From positions 25,360,001 through 25,424,000 of the forward strand of contig CM119372.1 in assembly GCA_051294905.1 (NCBI GenBank): a DNA stretch of 64,000 nucleotides, in the 5' to 3' direction. The notes under the pieces were generated by a model. The model saw nothing but the letters and a program-made list of their open reading frames with translations, searched no databases and was not told the DNA's origin. Made by a program: the position numbers and the translations under genes. This DNA comes from Botryllus schlosseri (lineage: Eukaryota). Position 1 is the first letter of the stretch. Every line of letters starts with the position of its first letter. Shown one piece after another: positions 38,501 to 53,171 of the stretch.

Positions 38501-41500
38501 TTCAAGGAGGATCCATAAAAAATAGTTGATCATATCCGGGATTTGTGGCGTGTTAATTAAAATAATCCAACAGAACACCCGACGAAAGGCGCATAAACGG
38601 AAACGTATTAAAGAGCGAGGAATCTTCAAAGAACGAATACAGCAATCATGAACACTATCGCTGTTGATTAAGGAGGTTGACGTGGATGTTAAATTGTCCG
38701 ACACTCATGCATCGCATTGTCTTTAGTAGATTGCGTTTGTACATTGTATGTGTGTTTTGAAGATGAAAGTAGTAGCGTCACTGGGTTATGGTAATGCTGT
38801 TCGATCCTTACGATGTTAATAGCAATAAAGCGTCTCTACAAATCTAAGTCCTGTCCGTACATCGCACGCCCTGTATAACATATATCGTCTTGTGGCAGAA
38901 CAAGACGAGATCAGAGGAGGAACCAAGTGAGTGCCTACAAGCGTTCATGATTACACGAATCCCCTTTGAAAGCGCTCATACGCATGGAACAAGCTAATAA
39001 TAATCAATCCGATTATCCATCAATATTTTAAAAATTTCCAGGCAGTTTAATAAGGGGAGATGATCTGCATATTGTAGAATCAATATCTTACACTTGACAG
39101 CATTTGTTCGTCTCTATCACTAGCAATCGTGACTTAGTCGCCACACGCCTATAACATAAAGCGATTTGCAAAGCGTATAATACTTGATAGTGGTGCGTCA
39201 AAATTATTTTACCTTGATCAAAAGGGTATGGTCTCCAAGTAACTCCGTCAGTTTATTACTGGCGTTGAAGCGTATGCTGCCAGTGACTGGATCAATCAAA
39301 AACTTTTGCGATTTGTCGCTACCATCTTCAGCCGCGATGGCGTACCATACTTCAGCGTTGTTCCCGGAATCCCGATCCAGAGTCTGGGAAATCGTAATTC
39401 AGAGTCAGTTTTCCAAATTTTTTTTCGGGCCTTGTAAACATAGCATGAGTAGCTGTTCAAACATAGCATACCGTAATATATTATAATCCACAATACTTAA
39501 TCACAAGCAAAATATGTAGGACTCGAAAACGCAGCATGTAAAAGAAGTGGTAGGATAAACAGTGTCGTAATCGTAGAAATGCCTAATATTAATATTCCTG
39601 CAGATAGGCTAATGCATGCGAAGATAGTTTTGACCATACATGGTTTTGGAGAGTTTCTCTGCTATTGCCGTATATTATGGTAGAGGTAAACTAATCAAGT
39701 GCATTCATTCAGATTGAACATACGTGTCCAGCGCGTACGCAATTATTAAACAGTTGAGAGCCCCTGAAATAGACGTGCCACTTATTCATTAGCTCTGGCC
39801 TTCTTACCTTAATTCGTATGATTGTTCTATCTTCAAGTATCGTTGCATATACGGTTGAATTCGGAGCGCCGGGTTTGATAAAAGTGGGCGGATGATCATT
39901 CACGTCGGTAACTTTCACAGTGACGGTAAGATTGGATTTCTTTGATGGCTTACCAAGATCCCGAGCAACGGCTAGAATCTGCATATGTTGAAAAGTCATG
40001 TATGTTGCTGGCAATGCCATCCAATACATTGCAAATAGCTAACTGACCTTCCACGCCGGCCTTGACTCCCAGTCTAGCTTCCCAACTAATTTTATGCTTC
40101 CTGAGATTGAATCGATTGCGAAAATTCTTCCTCCGCCGATGAGGGAATAGCGAACTTCTCCGTTTTTTGATTCTTCAAATTCTCCATTCTACAGAGAAGA
40201 TGTCATTCGACTTTATTCACATTTCATACTACTGACGTAACACAATTCTCAAGTAATAATCAAGATATGCAGTATTTATTTCCACCAAAAGTAAAATGTG
40301 CATAAATACGTAGATTTATTCGGAAGGATGTAGCATTTATTCAGAAAAATAGACGTGTTCTTGCTAAAATCGAATTGTCAAAATTGTGGGCCCAGCCAAC
40401 AGAAAGTTGTGGACAATTTGATTCGTGAATATCGGGAGGTCTCGCGAGTGCTATTACGTCACAATATAAGCATGACGTGGCTCGATTTCCAAAATAGTTT
40501 CCTTCCCTGCCATCAAATGACCAGTGTCTGTTCATGATGGATGAATATATATTTAAACTCGGCATAAGCGAATGATGTTTCTATTTGGCAGCAGATAGCA
40601 ATCCACTTGATATCAATTTATCAGAGTGCTATTAACTATAGTTCCTTCGCGTTTGGCCTACACGAAAGAGTTTATTATTTAAAATCAGGCTGATAATATT
40701 CAGGTAGAGGCGAGGCATGAAATTAAGGTTTTAGAATACTTTGGTAAGCTTCAAAATCGTTGCTTGGGAAAAGCCATCTGCACTATAATTATTGGGAAGC
40801 AAGCAGACTATATTAAATGCTTCAATGATAAGTGATTATTGTTGCAAAAACAAGAGCCCCTACGTATACACAAACACATTAAACCAAATGTCGGTAGGGG
40901 AATCAACTTCACTACAATGAGTATAGACAGTTAAATTATAAAAGTGGACTTTGTCGGCTAGTCATTATCAACCTCTGAGTAAAATGTTCTGATCAGCAGT
41001 TACGTATATACGATCAATATACTGGATAGCGCTAAATTGTGGAGGCTACTGGGCTTGTGCTCCTGCGGCTTACCTGAGAGAGGGAGAGAGCTGGTGCTCG
41101 AATGGAGTCGAGATCTGTTGCGTGCACTGAGTCAATCTCACTTCCCACTTTCATGTTTTCAGCGAGCGTCACAAAATGATGCGCTGACCCGAATTTCGGC
41201 GCGTGATCGTTAAAGTCGAGAATCAAAACTTTCAAGAGCTTCGTCGAACATCTGCAGACGATAAATTTAATGAAATAAGAAAGCTTAATAATGTAAAAGA
41301 TGACTGCTACCAAGAGTCGAATATTCCCCACCACTGCTTTCCAGCGGTCATGATATTACTTGGTAGATTACAGTCAATACAAGTCTACCTAAATTCGCAT
41401 CTAGTCTTCAAGAATTTATCGTAATTGGCAGTAAATACCAAGCAGTATCAGGCTGGTATGATAAGGATTTCTTCATTGAGCTCGTGTTATAGATCGATCA

Positions 41501-44500
41501 TATTGCTATCAGTATATGTAATATGTATATAACCTATCATATAACGTAAATTAGAATACTCGCTTATGATAACGGCATTTTAACTGCACTCTATGATGCA
41601 GTCGAATATGCCACAGACAACTCATCTACTCACTTTTTTGGAACTCCTCTATCGCACGCTTTGATTTTTATCAGATACTGATTTTCCAATTCTCGATCCA
41701 AATGGCGGTTGGTTGAGATCAAATTGTCCTTGAGGACAAAATAATTCGTTCTGTCCGTGCTCTTACTTGCGGTACTGGACTCTGATTCGTTCTCGTTGGA
41801 TAGTACTCGAATCGAATCGATCATGAGAATCACTTGGCCTGCTTGGCCGTGATCCGCGTCCGACGCGGTGACGTGTGCCAGGTACGTGCCCAGCTCGGCA
41901 TTTTCAGAAACGCAAGCTGCAAGCAAAATAATATACATTTTACATATACAAATTTTCAGTTAAGAAATTCTAGGACGGGTGATTGAATTTCAATTAATAT
42001 TTTTGGAAAGTAACCGGATGATTTCTACGAAATCATAACGTTCGATGTAGGCGGGTGTAGAAAACATATGGCGAGTATACAGCGATGAGATGCTGCCATC
42101 AAGATGACATTTCATCGATGCGCGGTCAAATTAAATAGTACCCAGCCTATAGGCACTAACTCTGTTGTATCTTGTAAGATAATGCATGCAGATGCATATA
42201 TTGAGGAACGTTCCTCAAATAGGCAGATAGGCCTACGTACAAGTATCGACAGTCATCATAAATGATTTTGATTTTAGTATCACGTTTGAAGAGAGCTGCC
42301 TAAATTGCAATATCTGATTTCCATTTTCTTGACGAGTGAGAGACTGTGGGTTAGGGCTGTTCAAAAATAACCTTTTTCCTGAATTTTGCTGATTACTTGA
42401 TTAAATCGTCAGGTTGCCTTAAAAAACGACGCACACCAAATTTGAATTCATTCCAACCAATATTCGCGGATTTCGTAGAGTTTGAAAATTCACTACGAAA
42501 TCCGCGAATATTGGTTGGAATGAATTCAAATTTGGTGTGCGTCGTTTTTTAAGGCAACCTAACGATTTAATCAAGTAATCAGCAAGATTCAAGAATAAAG
42601 GTTATTTTTGAACAGCCCTACTGTGGGTGTTCGAAATAGGGATGGTGTGAACCTCTAAAAGGTTCAGGTTCGTGTGAACGCGAACCGTTTTGAAAGGTTC
42701 TGTGTGAACGCGAACGTGAACCTCATGACGTCACGTGACGTCATATTACTAATTCCAACCCTTCATTTCAGTGAACGAGTGAAGTGATAGCCTGTAATGT
42801 ACACGATACCCAACGACGATCGGGCCACATTATGCCACAATGCTGAAGTACAATGAAGTGGTTTTAAACGTCGCCAAATGTATTAACTGGGCGCATCAAA
42901 TGATATAATAATCCCATAAAATCAATATCTTTCGTCGCTTCGACGAGGACTTGCAAGGGAATATAAGCTTACACCTTAACGGTCTAGGCCAGACCGGGCG
43001 AATGTATTCGGCCTCTGAGTATTGCTACGTTGATATTGAGCAGAGTGTAAAACGGGTTTCTATACTTGCTACTAATATTACCCCATTAACAAGTTTTACA
43101 GCAGTAGCCAACACCCCAATCGCACGAATTTGGTTTTTATGATACATTAAACATATAAAGTCAAGATTGACTCCGTACGCCTGCTAGATTTTTTACATCA
43201 GGCAACGATATCAATTTCATTGATTGGCTGAATAAGCATCATTCGATGACTACCTACATGTAGTGTATTTCGCTCTTGATGTGTGATTGCGAGTCAAGCT
43301 TACAGCAGAGAGTCACTAAATATTCACTACGGAAAGCTGGATATTTCGAGCAAACTTTTGTAACAAAGCAAGTAAAATCTTTGGGATTGGCAAGGTGCAA
43401 GCTAGTTTAGTGTTGATTTTTTTATGCTGCAAAGCGCCGTGCATCGAGTGGCCCGCAGTTGAAATGCAATAAATTTCAACCAAAAATATTATAATGAAGT
43501 GAAAATTGTAATATATGAAAAAGGTTCACAGTGCAGAACCTACCAAGGTTCGTTTGTGAACGTGAACCTCTAAATTTATGAGGTTCACATGCAGAACGCG
43601 AACGTGAACCTCAAGTCCATACCATCCCTAGTTCGAATATAGTGACAGTGCTAAATGCTCTACCAGTATCGCTTCCGCCATATCCTGTATTGAACGGTTG
43701 AAGTTAACCATCTATAGATACTGGTTGTTTTGTCACTTGGAAAATTCGTTATATGTTGCGGTGATGGTAATGTCAACACCATCTCTAACGGAATGTACCG
43801 ATAGCAGCGGCATTAACATTAGATCACTCAAGTAATCGAATAATCTCTTGTTTATGACTGCCACAGCTAATCGATACTCCCGAATGTCCGCTATCGCGTG
43901 GAGTCTTTGATCAAGACGCGTTGTTGATATTTGTAACACTGAAACAGTGTGTGTAATACACTCGTGCTATTATACTCCATCCGCGATTGGCGGGAGTAGT
44001 CGAATCATAATCAATGGCAGCACCGTGAACAGCAAATGTCAAAATATACTCGGAATGTTGAGTAAACCCAGTGTAGAATGAATGGGAAATACCTTATTTC
44101 TTAGTACACATGAATATCCGTCTTGGTAATGAACGACCATGGCTACATATAAATACACCATTCTTGTAAAATGTTTTGGAGTTACACAATCAAAATCCTT
44201 GGCGATACAGCAATATTTTATCGATTCCATTTGGACGTATTCTATGTGGATTTCGTTACAATTGAGTCAATGCTGCTTCAAGTGCAATGAGCGCAAACAC
44301 GTATAGGAGGAATGATACACGGGTTACCGAGTGCTGAGTGGTAACTAATTTATATGTCTGGCTGAGAATGAGCTGAGATCATCATCAGCAATGTTACGAA
44401 GCTATTGATCCATAATTTGCAGTCGTCGTTATCGCAATCATATTTCATCGGGGACATCAATTCAAAATACCATACGAAATAAGATGTGAGTAGTGAAGCT

Positions 44501-47500
44501 TGTGGGTAAAGCTTTAGAGTGTTCCGTACAATTTTATCATCTTTAAAAGTTCACCAACCTGCATCGTTTGGACCTCGGATGATAACATTGACATCGATCT
44601 GAGGGGCATTATCGTTGACGTCTGTGATATGTATCATGAGAACGGTCCTTCCGATTTTCTTTCCCGTAAGTCCAGGCGAATCTTCAGCAGCAAGAATTAT
44701 TTTCACCCTTGAAATTACAGCGATGATAACTCAGCCGACCAATACATCCGTATTTATTCAATATGTTACTTTTTCTTTTCCTCTCTGTCTGGTGAGCGTC
44801 TTAGCTTCACTTCCCCGGACCTACGATCGACAGACACGAATCTGCGCGCAGATATCGAATTCCCGGTGCTTGGAACAAAGTACCGTACTTCACCGAAGAG
44901 TCCTTTGTCCAGATCGCTAGCGTGGACGGTCGCTATCACATGTCCAACTGGGAGATTTTCTCTAAGTCTCAAATCATAAACCTGAAAGGGAGTCATGCAG
45001 ATTTTGCGAATACACCAATCCTACAAGAATATCATACCGATTCATCAAAAACAGGGGCGTTGTCGTTAACGTCGATGACGTTGATGCGAAGAGATAACTG
45101 AGCGGAACGTTTGATGGGAGATCCGCCATCCGTCGCTATCAGATCCACATCAAATTGCGGGGTGTTTTCGTAGTCTGAAATAGTGACTCGTGAATGGCCT
45201 GTCCACATTTGCCGACCAGGTAACACGCAGAAGCAGATATAGTTTAAGATATCCCTCGCTAACATGGCGTTCCAGTCAGAAAATTATAGCGATTGGTCGA
45301 ATTGGCTGTTCCACTGCGTAACATATGCTACATGTTACCAGACAACTAGAAAATTTCCAGCTTTTGCAGGTCAGACGCACGTTGGTGGTTCAATTATCGA
45401 ATCAGACAGAATTGAATTCTAAAGGCAAGATTTTTCATCGCCCTATAGAAAGGACAAACGCCTCAAACTGGCCACGTTATAATGCACATTATACGCCATG
45501 ACAAGCACATTATACGCACATTAGAAATTAGGCTACAATCTGTGCGGTTGGTAACATTGTTCGCACCAGTCATGATAAGTACCTAGCAACAAGCAGCAAT
45601 CTCGATGTCTTCGATACAGTCTAGGTGTAGAAGCAATTCCAAGCACATCAAAGTCAATATGGGCATTTGTGCTATCGCAATTATTATGCTTGACTTGCTG
45701 TAAATGACCGTGTAATTGTTGTCGCCGTTTCCGTCTAATAGGGTTACCAGAAACTACCGCACTTCGAACGTAGAAGCGTAAATTTTTCTGCGGGTTGGCG
45801 ACGAAGTCATTCAGACAAAGCGCAATTTGTTCCAATTTACATCAATCAAATGGACAAACCTAATGGCGACTGAAGACTCAAATGCAGATGTTGAGCCCCT
45901 GTGTCATCTTCATATTCGTTCACCACAAAATGATCATTTCTTGTCATGGTGTAGTGAATTACCGCATTTTGATCTGAGAATGCAATAGAATACAATGAGA
46001 AAAACGTGTTTTGTTAATATTGAAACTTTTACTTACTCATATCCTCGTCGGTAGCCATGAACTGGTCAATATTGATCGTTGACTGCACGGGCGTATCCTC
46101 GCTAATGTTCAACTGGAAGATTCCACTTCGTGGTGCTGTTGGAAATTTCGGGGAATGATCGTTCACGTCGGTGACAATCAGCTCAAAATTTTGTAGACGG
46201 AAATGATTTTGTGGCAGCATCGCAGTCTGAAAGACAACATTCTGATAAAGTTTTGCGCGTTTGCTCCTAATGGGTTGAAATATGAAGGCTAGCTTAAGCT
46301 GGTAAATCCATTGAGATTTTTGTATTGACAAGACAAAAACACGGCTGTGAACAAGCAGTTACCCCGAAGGACTTATGAGCTAAATGATTCCAACTTCCAG
46401 GGTATGCGAAGCCAGCAGCCAAAAGTATCATCAATGGAAACATGCGTACACTGTACCGGCCAGCTATAGGCCTAGGCCCTAGCTAGAACAAAATAATTTT
46501 CCTGGTTTACATTATAGGTATGCTTTGGATTGCTCCAGGTTAACTCAGGCACTTGTGAGCAGAAAGTATCATCGATCCAATGGTAGATTCAATCATTAAT
46601 ATTAGATCTTAGAAAGTCAGATATCAGCAATGATCGATTCGGGCTGAAGGTGCATGATGCCTCTACAATAGTCCTTCCAATGAAAATAATATATCTCTCC
46701 CACGGGAAATAATGATGAGCGGAATCAATGAAATAATAATATAGAACTTCACCATAAGCATATTAATCAACACTTTGACTTTTTAATATCGATCGTCAAA
46801 CTGAGTCCAAAATTAGATCCGCGGATGCTCGACAGCAGCAGTTTTTTTGACATTTAACATGCGGGCACGATTCAGAAATATTGGTTACAATTTGGACATC
46901 ACAACTTGGTTCATTTTGATGGGAATTTGCATTGCCTTACGAGGTTGCCTCTCATTATCACCGAAAAGAAAACAAAGTTTAACATTAAAGAATTTCTGTA
47001 TCCATGGCTTGTCAGCGGGATATGGCGAAGTTGCGACTTTATTGTGAGTCTTGAACACGCAATAGGTTGCTATTGTGTACAGATCGAGTTAGGGGAATCT
47101 CCTATACTCCAGTCAGGAAATTGAACGTATCCGACACTTCATTAACAACGATTACCAGTTTGGATTTACGGACTCACACATACATATTGTACATTGTACA
47201 ATGTACATCGTACGCATACATGAGGGACTTTATAAGCAAAACCTATGGAGCACGTGACTTTCTCAAGTCTCTCAAGTTCGTCATCGTACTACGAGTTGCA
47301 AGAATGCTCAATTGCTCATGCGTCGCCTACGTTACCGTAGTCCCCAATTCATGTTTATTAGCATTATTATGAACTAGTCACTCGGTTTTATTCCCCATCA
47401 TAATAAAGTTTACCTTATTATCGAACGCAAACGGTGTGATAATAAACTGATTGTTGTATATATGCAATACAGAAAATGATTAATAGTAGGTGGTGCAGGT

Positions 47501-47894
47501 GCAAGCACGGAACATAATTTATATCTGGAAGTCAGTATTTGCATACCTGTACCGTGATTGTACATTCCAGCTCAAAATCCTCACCGCATTCAGTCTCTCT
47601 GTCTGCCGGCTCATTGACAGATATAACTCCAGAAAGGCGGTCAATTTTCAGCCATTTCCTACCGGGTATGACCACTTTATTTCCGATTTTCATTCGTTGT
47701 CCCAGTATTTCAAAGTACCGCCCAGGCAAGTCATTGAACCTCACATTAAACATCTGAGGTAAATTAGCCACTACGGTGCCTGGTTCCTGCTCTTCTTGGA
47801 ATTCCATTCGATGCTTTCTAGGGTTGAGTTGGCAATTTGCTTCCATTATCACAATGAGACTCGTAATAGCGAATAGACGGCGTCCCAGCAGCAT
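35539..47894 (-). CDS. Non-clustered delta-2-type protocadherin (~1190 aa, 16 coding exons)
   Basis: Exons 47894-47547, 46226-46037, 45973-45860, 45174-45038, 44981-44770, 44707-44559, 41916-41634, 41251-41074, 40188-40048, 39978-39808, 39383-39213, 38362-38144, 37175-36933, 36867-36759, 36695-36558 and 36308-35539; GT-AG, in frame, 3573 nt. Signal peptide, six cadherin repeats (DxNDxxP, DRE/DYE/DWE), TM helix, YNFR, CM1 DSGRGDSD, CM2 CTPACRNYGHSDECWMP; no RRVTF CM3. Confidence 0.93.
42352..42620. mobile_element. Foldback MITE, near-perfect 269-bp palindrome, in a protocadherin intron
   Basis: TIR tagggctgttcaaaaataac; exact 8-bp TSD ctgtgggt. Confidence 0.92.
42637..43630 (+). mobile_element. 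hAT-type element (GTGAAC subterminal repeats), complete copy
   Basis: TIR tagggatggt / accatcccta; TSD gttcgaaa/gttcgaat. Confidence 0.9.
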
Positions 47895-49909
47895 TATAGT
47901 CGTATATGTTCCAATATTTTCACTCTAGCTGATGTAGTCCTCACACACTCAATTCTTGTCGCTGAGTATTCGTCGTCTGTGTTCCTCAGTCTCGTATCAT
48001 TTGATGCGAAATCTTATTGACTCGATTATTCCGGTTCATAAAATCTAGAGTCACTAATGCTGTAACAGAGTAAGAACTATACATCAGTCATTCGTGAATA
48101 ACCCCGTCGCTTTTGATCATCTACTAAATACCATTTCCGTGACAGACTGCTCAATAGATATTACACGGTTGGATTCGTTTCGGTGCTAATAGCGATTATA
48201 AATCCACTTAGTGTATTGATTTCTGTATAATTTTTTCACGGGTTGAGCGTGGAAAGTGAAATAAAACTTTACGGCGCAATTGTAGTTCTAAAGGCCGGCT
48301 ACACCGTGAAATTGAATTAGCTATTCCGGCTGAGGTCACACATGTTAGAAATGAGCCACGTTTACGCGCGACTACACGATCTCCCTGTACAATAGATGTC
48401 GAATTTATGCATATAACTGACAATACGTGGGCGATTCTAATTTGTTCGCCGATCTCTGAATCATTGATTTCACGCAGACTTTGACTGTAGAATTTTAGCG
48501 ACCCCACTCTTGCTTGAAGAAACTTTCTACCAGCTACCATAGCATGCTTCCTTTATCGTTAAAAGGTATCCCCAGATGGCAGCGCGTGCGTAAGTCTTAT
48601 GAAAAATCCGAAATAGGTAACTTTCCTTCACCGCCACACTCCACATGATGGGCGACAAATTAAAGGAGTATAGAATGGAACTCGCATTCATTATGAGCTG
48701 CGATGCTGGCGATTTTACTACGACTCTATTTAGTAGACTTTATGCTATTATTGCTGAACCTGGGGATGGGATTTACTCATTCTGATAAAGTTGTGAGGAG
48801 GCGAAACCAAAGCTAGGTTTTGGTGGTAATCGATACAGTTGTTTGTCGCAGAAGCACTTCTTATTCCCCGCCATGTTTTGCAGTAACGTATATGCAGTCT
48901 GTTTACAAATGTCGACGCATACATAAAGAGCTGGTGTATCGAGCCGTATAATTACGCATTTGTCAACGCGAGACAATGTGACGACACTAGTACACTACTT
49001 GTCAAGATAACAACCCCATAAGAGAATTCAGATAGAAGATTATAATCCCCTGCGTACGTATTTATAAATATGTTTGAACCAACTTCCGGAATCACACCAA
49101 CAATTAATTTTATATTTTATGCCATCGTCAAATCAATATAAGCACCGGATTCAAATGACCTTAATCAACCAGGCGCCGAAGATATTCCGACGCGTATTGT
49201 TCCGAACTCTAAAGACGATGAACATGGTATTATATTTGAGCATTCATAGTGTATGTAATCCCAGCTCTCCGTCTAATGCTCCTATATTGCGACGACGGCT
49301 TCAGAAATCTCCGACGGATTGAAGTCGCAAATCTACGGGCTTATCTTTCTTCTATGACTCGCCTTGCGAATAATCGGATGGAAGCGAGTGCTCACGGGGG
49401 GTTTCGTGAGACGATAACGGTTGAAATGAAGTGTTGTAACTGCACTGCACTGCATAAGTCAGTATGTGGTATGTGATGCATTGTACATTGCCCAATGCCC
49501 ATTGGCAAAATGTCAGCGGAATTGTCTTACTAGATTGAGCGAAATATAGGCTGGTAGCTGTTTAGCAAGAAAGTAGTAAGCGACTATGTATTTGGATACA
49601 CCCAACAGAACAACACGAATACACTTATCATACCACATCAACCATCAGGGGCAAGAATTTGAAGTGACCTTTTGACCGCGAATACGACCGTTACGCGATG
49701 TTCATTATGCTTATTACTGAGTGGTGAGTATGCGCCCAACGACTGGAACGCCATCATTTCCTGTTGCGACGGGATGGAGATCCTAATTAGAAGCGGCCAG
49801 CGCAGAAAGATAAGTGGGTTTGAAGTTGCAGTCGGTGATTGCAGCAGGACAGATGTGTCCGTTTCAGACGCAGTTTGCATCCGCAAGATATACTCAAAGA
49901 TTAACTTAC

Positions 49910-50104
49910 CCGTGTGAACAGAACTTCATAGATAGCCGGATGCTCACCATTCCATAATGAATTGTACTAAATTTTAAATTACCTCGCATTCTAGGCCTGT
50001 TACAATATAGTAGACTACGACAGAATAGCCCACACAACTGCTGGCTCTGGCTGTTGTAGATTTTGCGAACTCAACCTCGATTCTATAGTTACAACGACAA
50101 CTGA
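49910..50104 (-). promoter_or_regulatory. Candidate non-coding first exon / TSS of the protocadherin
   Basis: Consensus donor gtaagt at 49909, an Inr-like TCAGTT at ~50099-50104 (-), and an otherwise unpaired acceptor (ctctgttacag) at 48060. Short motifs only. Confidence 0.3.
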
Positions 50105-52531
50105 TACCTATAGTGACAACTGACAAGGTTGACCCCTACCTTTCATGATTCTGTCTCGTGTCAAAATAGTCGCTTGTTATCATACTATTCAGAGGCTAAC
50201 GGGCTCGTCCAAGCAAAAGACTTCTTCAAATCAGAGATCGAGAGAAGCGTGAGAACAAGTGCGATGGAAAGAGCAACGTAATCCACAATCTATAATAATG
50301 GCTGTGGTATTGAACAAAGGGATGGAAGAAATTTCCAACATACTCAAGATTCTATTAGAAACCACGAGTATTAAACTCTGGAAAATTTCAGTTCCATTAG
50401 TTTCGCAATTTTAAAAGTACAAACTCGCGAGCGCGCTATATCTTTCTACGCTCTCTTCTCCTTCAACTGTCACATGATAAATCCATATGAGGGACTGACA
50501 TCCGCAGATGTATTGATTTTCAGATAATATACCGACGGAAAGACTCCGTCTTATTCTGACTTTGATGATATAACTTCAGTAACGGAACAGTGGCTACATA
50601 GAACTATCACATTGTAACATAGCATTGTACAGTACAGTTGATTCAATATCATGAAAACGCAACTCTCTAAATCGGTATCTTCCCGTCGAACATTTTTCCG
50701 ATATCAAATGGACCATCTGACTATAAGGTTAGCATTTCCAAGTGATATAACGGCAGTCTTGATAATGCAGAGGAGACTGACCTCTCGTGCTAGCGAACCA
50801 CCTATAGAAATTCCTGCTATTGCGGTAGTTTTAAACTTTCTAGGAACTGATACTAACAAGTATATTGTAATATTTTAGGAGCCGGCGTTGCATAATATAT
50901 GGAATGGACCACGTCATTGCTGCACAGTGCACATGCACATCAATTAAGCTTGACTGATTTGCAATTCGATGCCTATGTGTGACTTCTGACTTCACACAAC
51001 CATTGCGGTAAAATAGCCAGATGAGATTTATGACTATATGCTTTGTCTCTGAGTATATTCCCGAGACACTTCCGCTTCAGAAGTATCCTTTTACTTGATC
51101 CAATTTCGAAAAAAAAGATTCATGCTGCATGGACCAATTCTATGCCATAATCACTACGAGCTGCTTATTTTTTTATCAATCGCAATACAACAAATCATAT
51201 ATGAGAAATTTCGTTTCACTAATGACCAAAGTCTATATGCAATGCATTCATGCACGACCTGCCATCGCTTCACTGTTATCCCGTGCGAAAACAATATTTT
51301 CTCAATGACAAAATTAAAATGATAATTTACAACGAATTGACGGGTCGATTTGTATACGCCGAATTTCCCCAAAATAATCTCACGAGAACCTGTGATCTAC
51401 CTTGACTACGACGACCAAGACATGTTAGCCACTAAATATGCACATGCAGTGTACAGATGATATTCATTTTACGCTTAAATGTATATACACTACAGCCATA
51501 CAATTGCTTAACAAATCACGCTTATAATACGACGAAAATCAGAATTAGTCACTGCCTGATCACCTGACGGATGGTTTGTAATATTGGGATGGTCCGATCA
51601 TTGCCAGACGTAACTACTATTGTGTTATTTTCCAACCGTCGAATCCAAGCTAAATTTCGTACAGAAAGGACAATATTGATATTCCTATTTAGTTTGCAAT
51701 TACTACAGCAAATTGAAGATACCTGAGAACATGATTAGGGCGGAACAAAAAATTCAATTGAATACATTGGATACATCAACATCATTCAACATATAGCCCG
51801 ACCGTGTAGCAATTATAAAACAATACATGGTGGGCGTGCTATTTCAGTGGACGTTTTGTTTGAGCGGTGAGTTTATTTATCAGGCGTCCCCTCCTAGGTA
51901 TATCAATTTTCCCTTGAAATCGTGTTACTCAGTGAAGATACAACTTGGATAGGATTTCATTACAATGATGCCACCATTGGGAAAACGCTTCTTGCCTGGA
52001 AAAACCATGTACCATCAACGGACGCTCTGTCATTCATTCTGGGCTGATATGGAATCGAAAAGTTGTCTTTGTGTTTATACTTTTCTTTGCATCCACCGTT
52101 GATACTGAATCGTCATCGTGACAGGGAAACGGTATATTGTACCAATAGTGTATGGGTCTTGGTATTGGCACGGATAGCAATCAGAATCCATCAAGCGCCG
52201 CGATATATTGTTCGATATTATATTCCGTATAACACGTATAGTAATTTGTTATATTTGACGGGTTCGTTCGATTTCTAGAATATCCCTACTGTAGTATAGA
52301 AATATATGCTATATATGATCTTGATGCCACCCAAAACCACCGTCATGATATGGGATAATCTCACAAATTCCTGCTCCGTTCGTATATAAATTACTATAGT
52401 ATGCCGTAAGCTAATCAAGAGTGGACGGAATGCCGATGCTATAGTTGAATCGAATTTCGTTTTCGTGATGTTGCCGAGACCATGTCCATAACGCAGGCAT
52501 ATCCTGACTTGCCCATCGACTGCTGCTATAC

Positions 52532-53100
52532 TAGGGCTGTTCAAAAATAACTTTTTTTTACGGAGTCCAGCCATTCACTTATTAAATCGTCAGGTTTCCC
52601 TAAAAAACGCTGCACACAAAATTTGGTTCAATTCTAACAAGTATAGGAATCCGCAGATCCAATTAAAATTTTTAATTTATTAGGGAAAATTTTAAAAAAA
52701 AATTTAAATTTTTTTGCCAACTCCATCAAATTGTTGAGCTGTCTTCAAAGGCGATGCAAAACAAATTTGACTCAATTCCAACCGGTAGAAGCGGAGTTAT
52801 GTGAGTTTTTCGCTGATAATTCTCGGATTGAGTCAAAGTTGTTTTGCATCGCCTTTGAAGACAGCTCAACAATTTAATGGGGTTGGCAAAAAAATTTGAA
52901 ATTTTTTTTTTAAATTTGAAATTTAAAAAAAAAATTTCCGCTAATAAATTAAAAATTTTAATTGGACCTGCGTAGTCCTATACTTGTTAGAATTGAACCA
53001 AATTTGGTGTGCAGCGTTCTTCAGATTAACCTGACAATTTAATCAGTGAATGGCTGGAATCCGGGAAAAAAAGTTATTTTTGAACACATGAACAGCCCTA
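52532..53100. mobile_element. Foldback MITE, 569-bp palindrome (same family as 42352)
   Basis: TIR tagggctgttca with ~270-bp inverted arms; 9-bp flank duplication ctgctatac. Confidence 0.9.
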
Positions 53101-53171
53101 CTGCTATACGCAGTACGCATACACCCTGAACCCCGTATATATCTTTTATTTTCTATATAGATAGCTTCTTC

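Noticed and set aside
45533..45835. ORF as an extra protocadherin exon
   Set aside because: No cadherin motifs; exons 45973-45860 and 45174-45038 already join in frame to give PLDYE.
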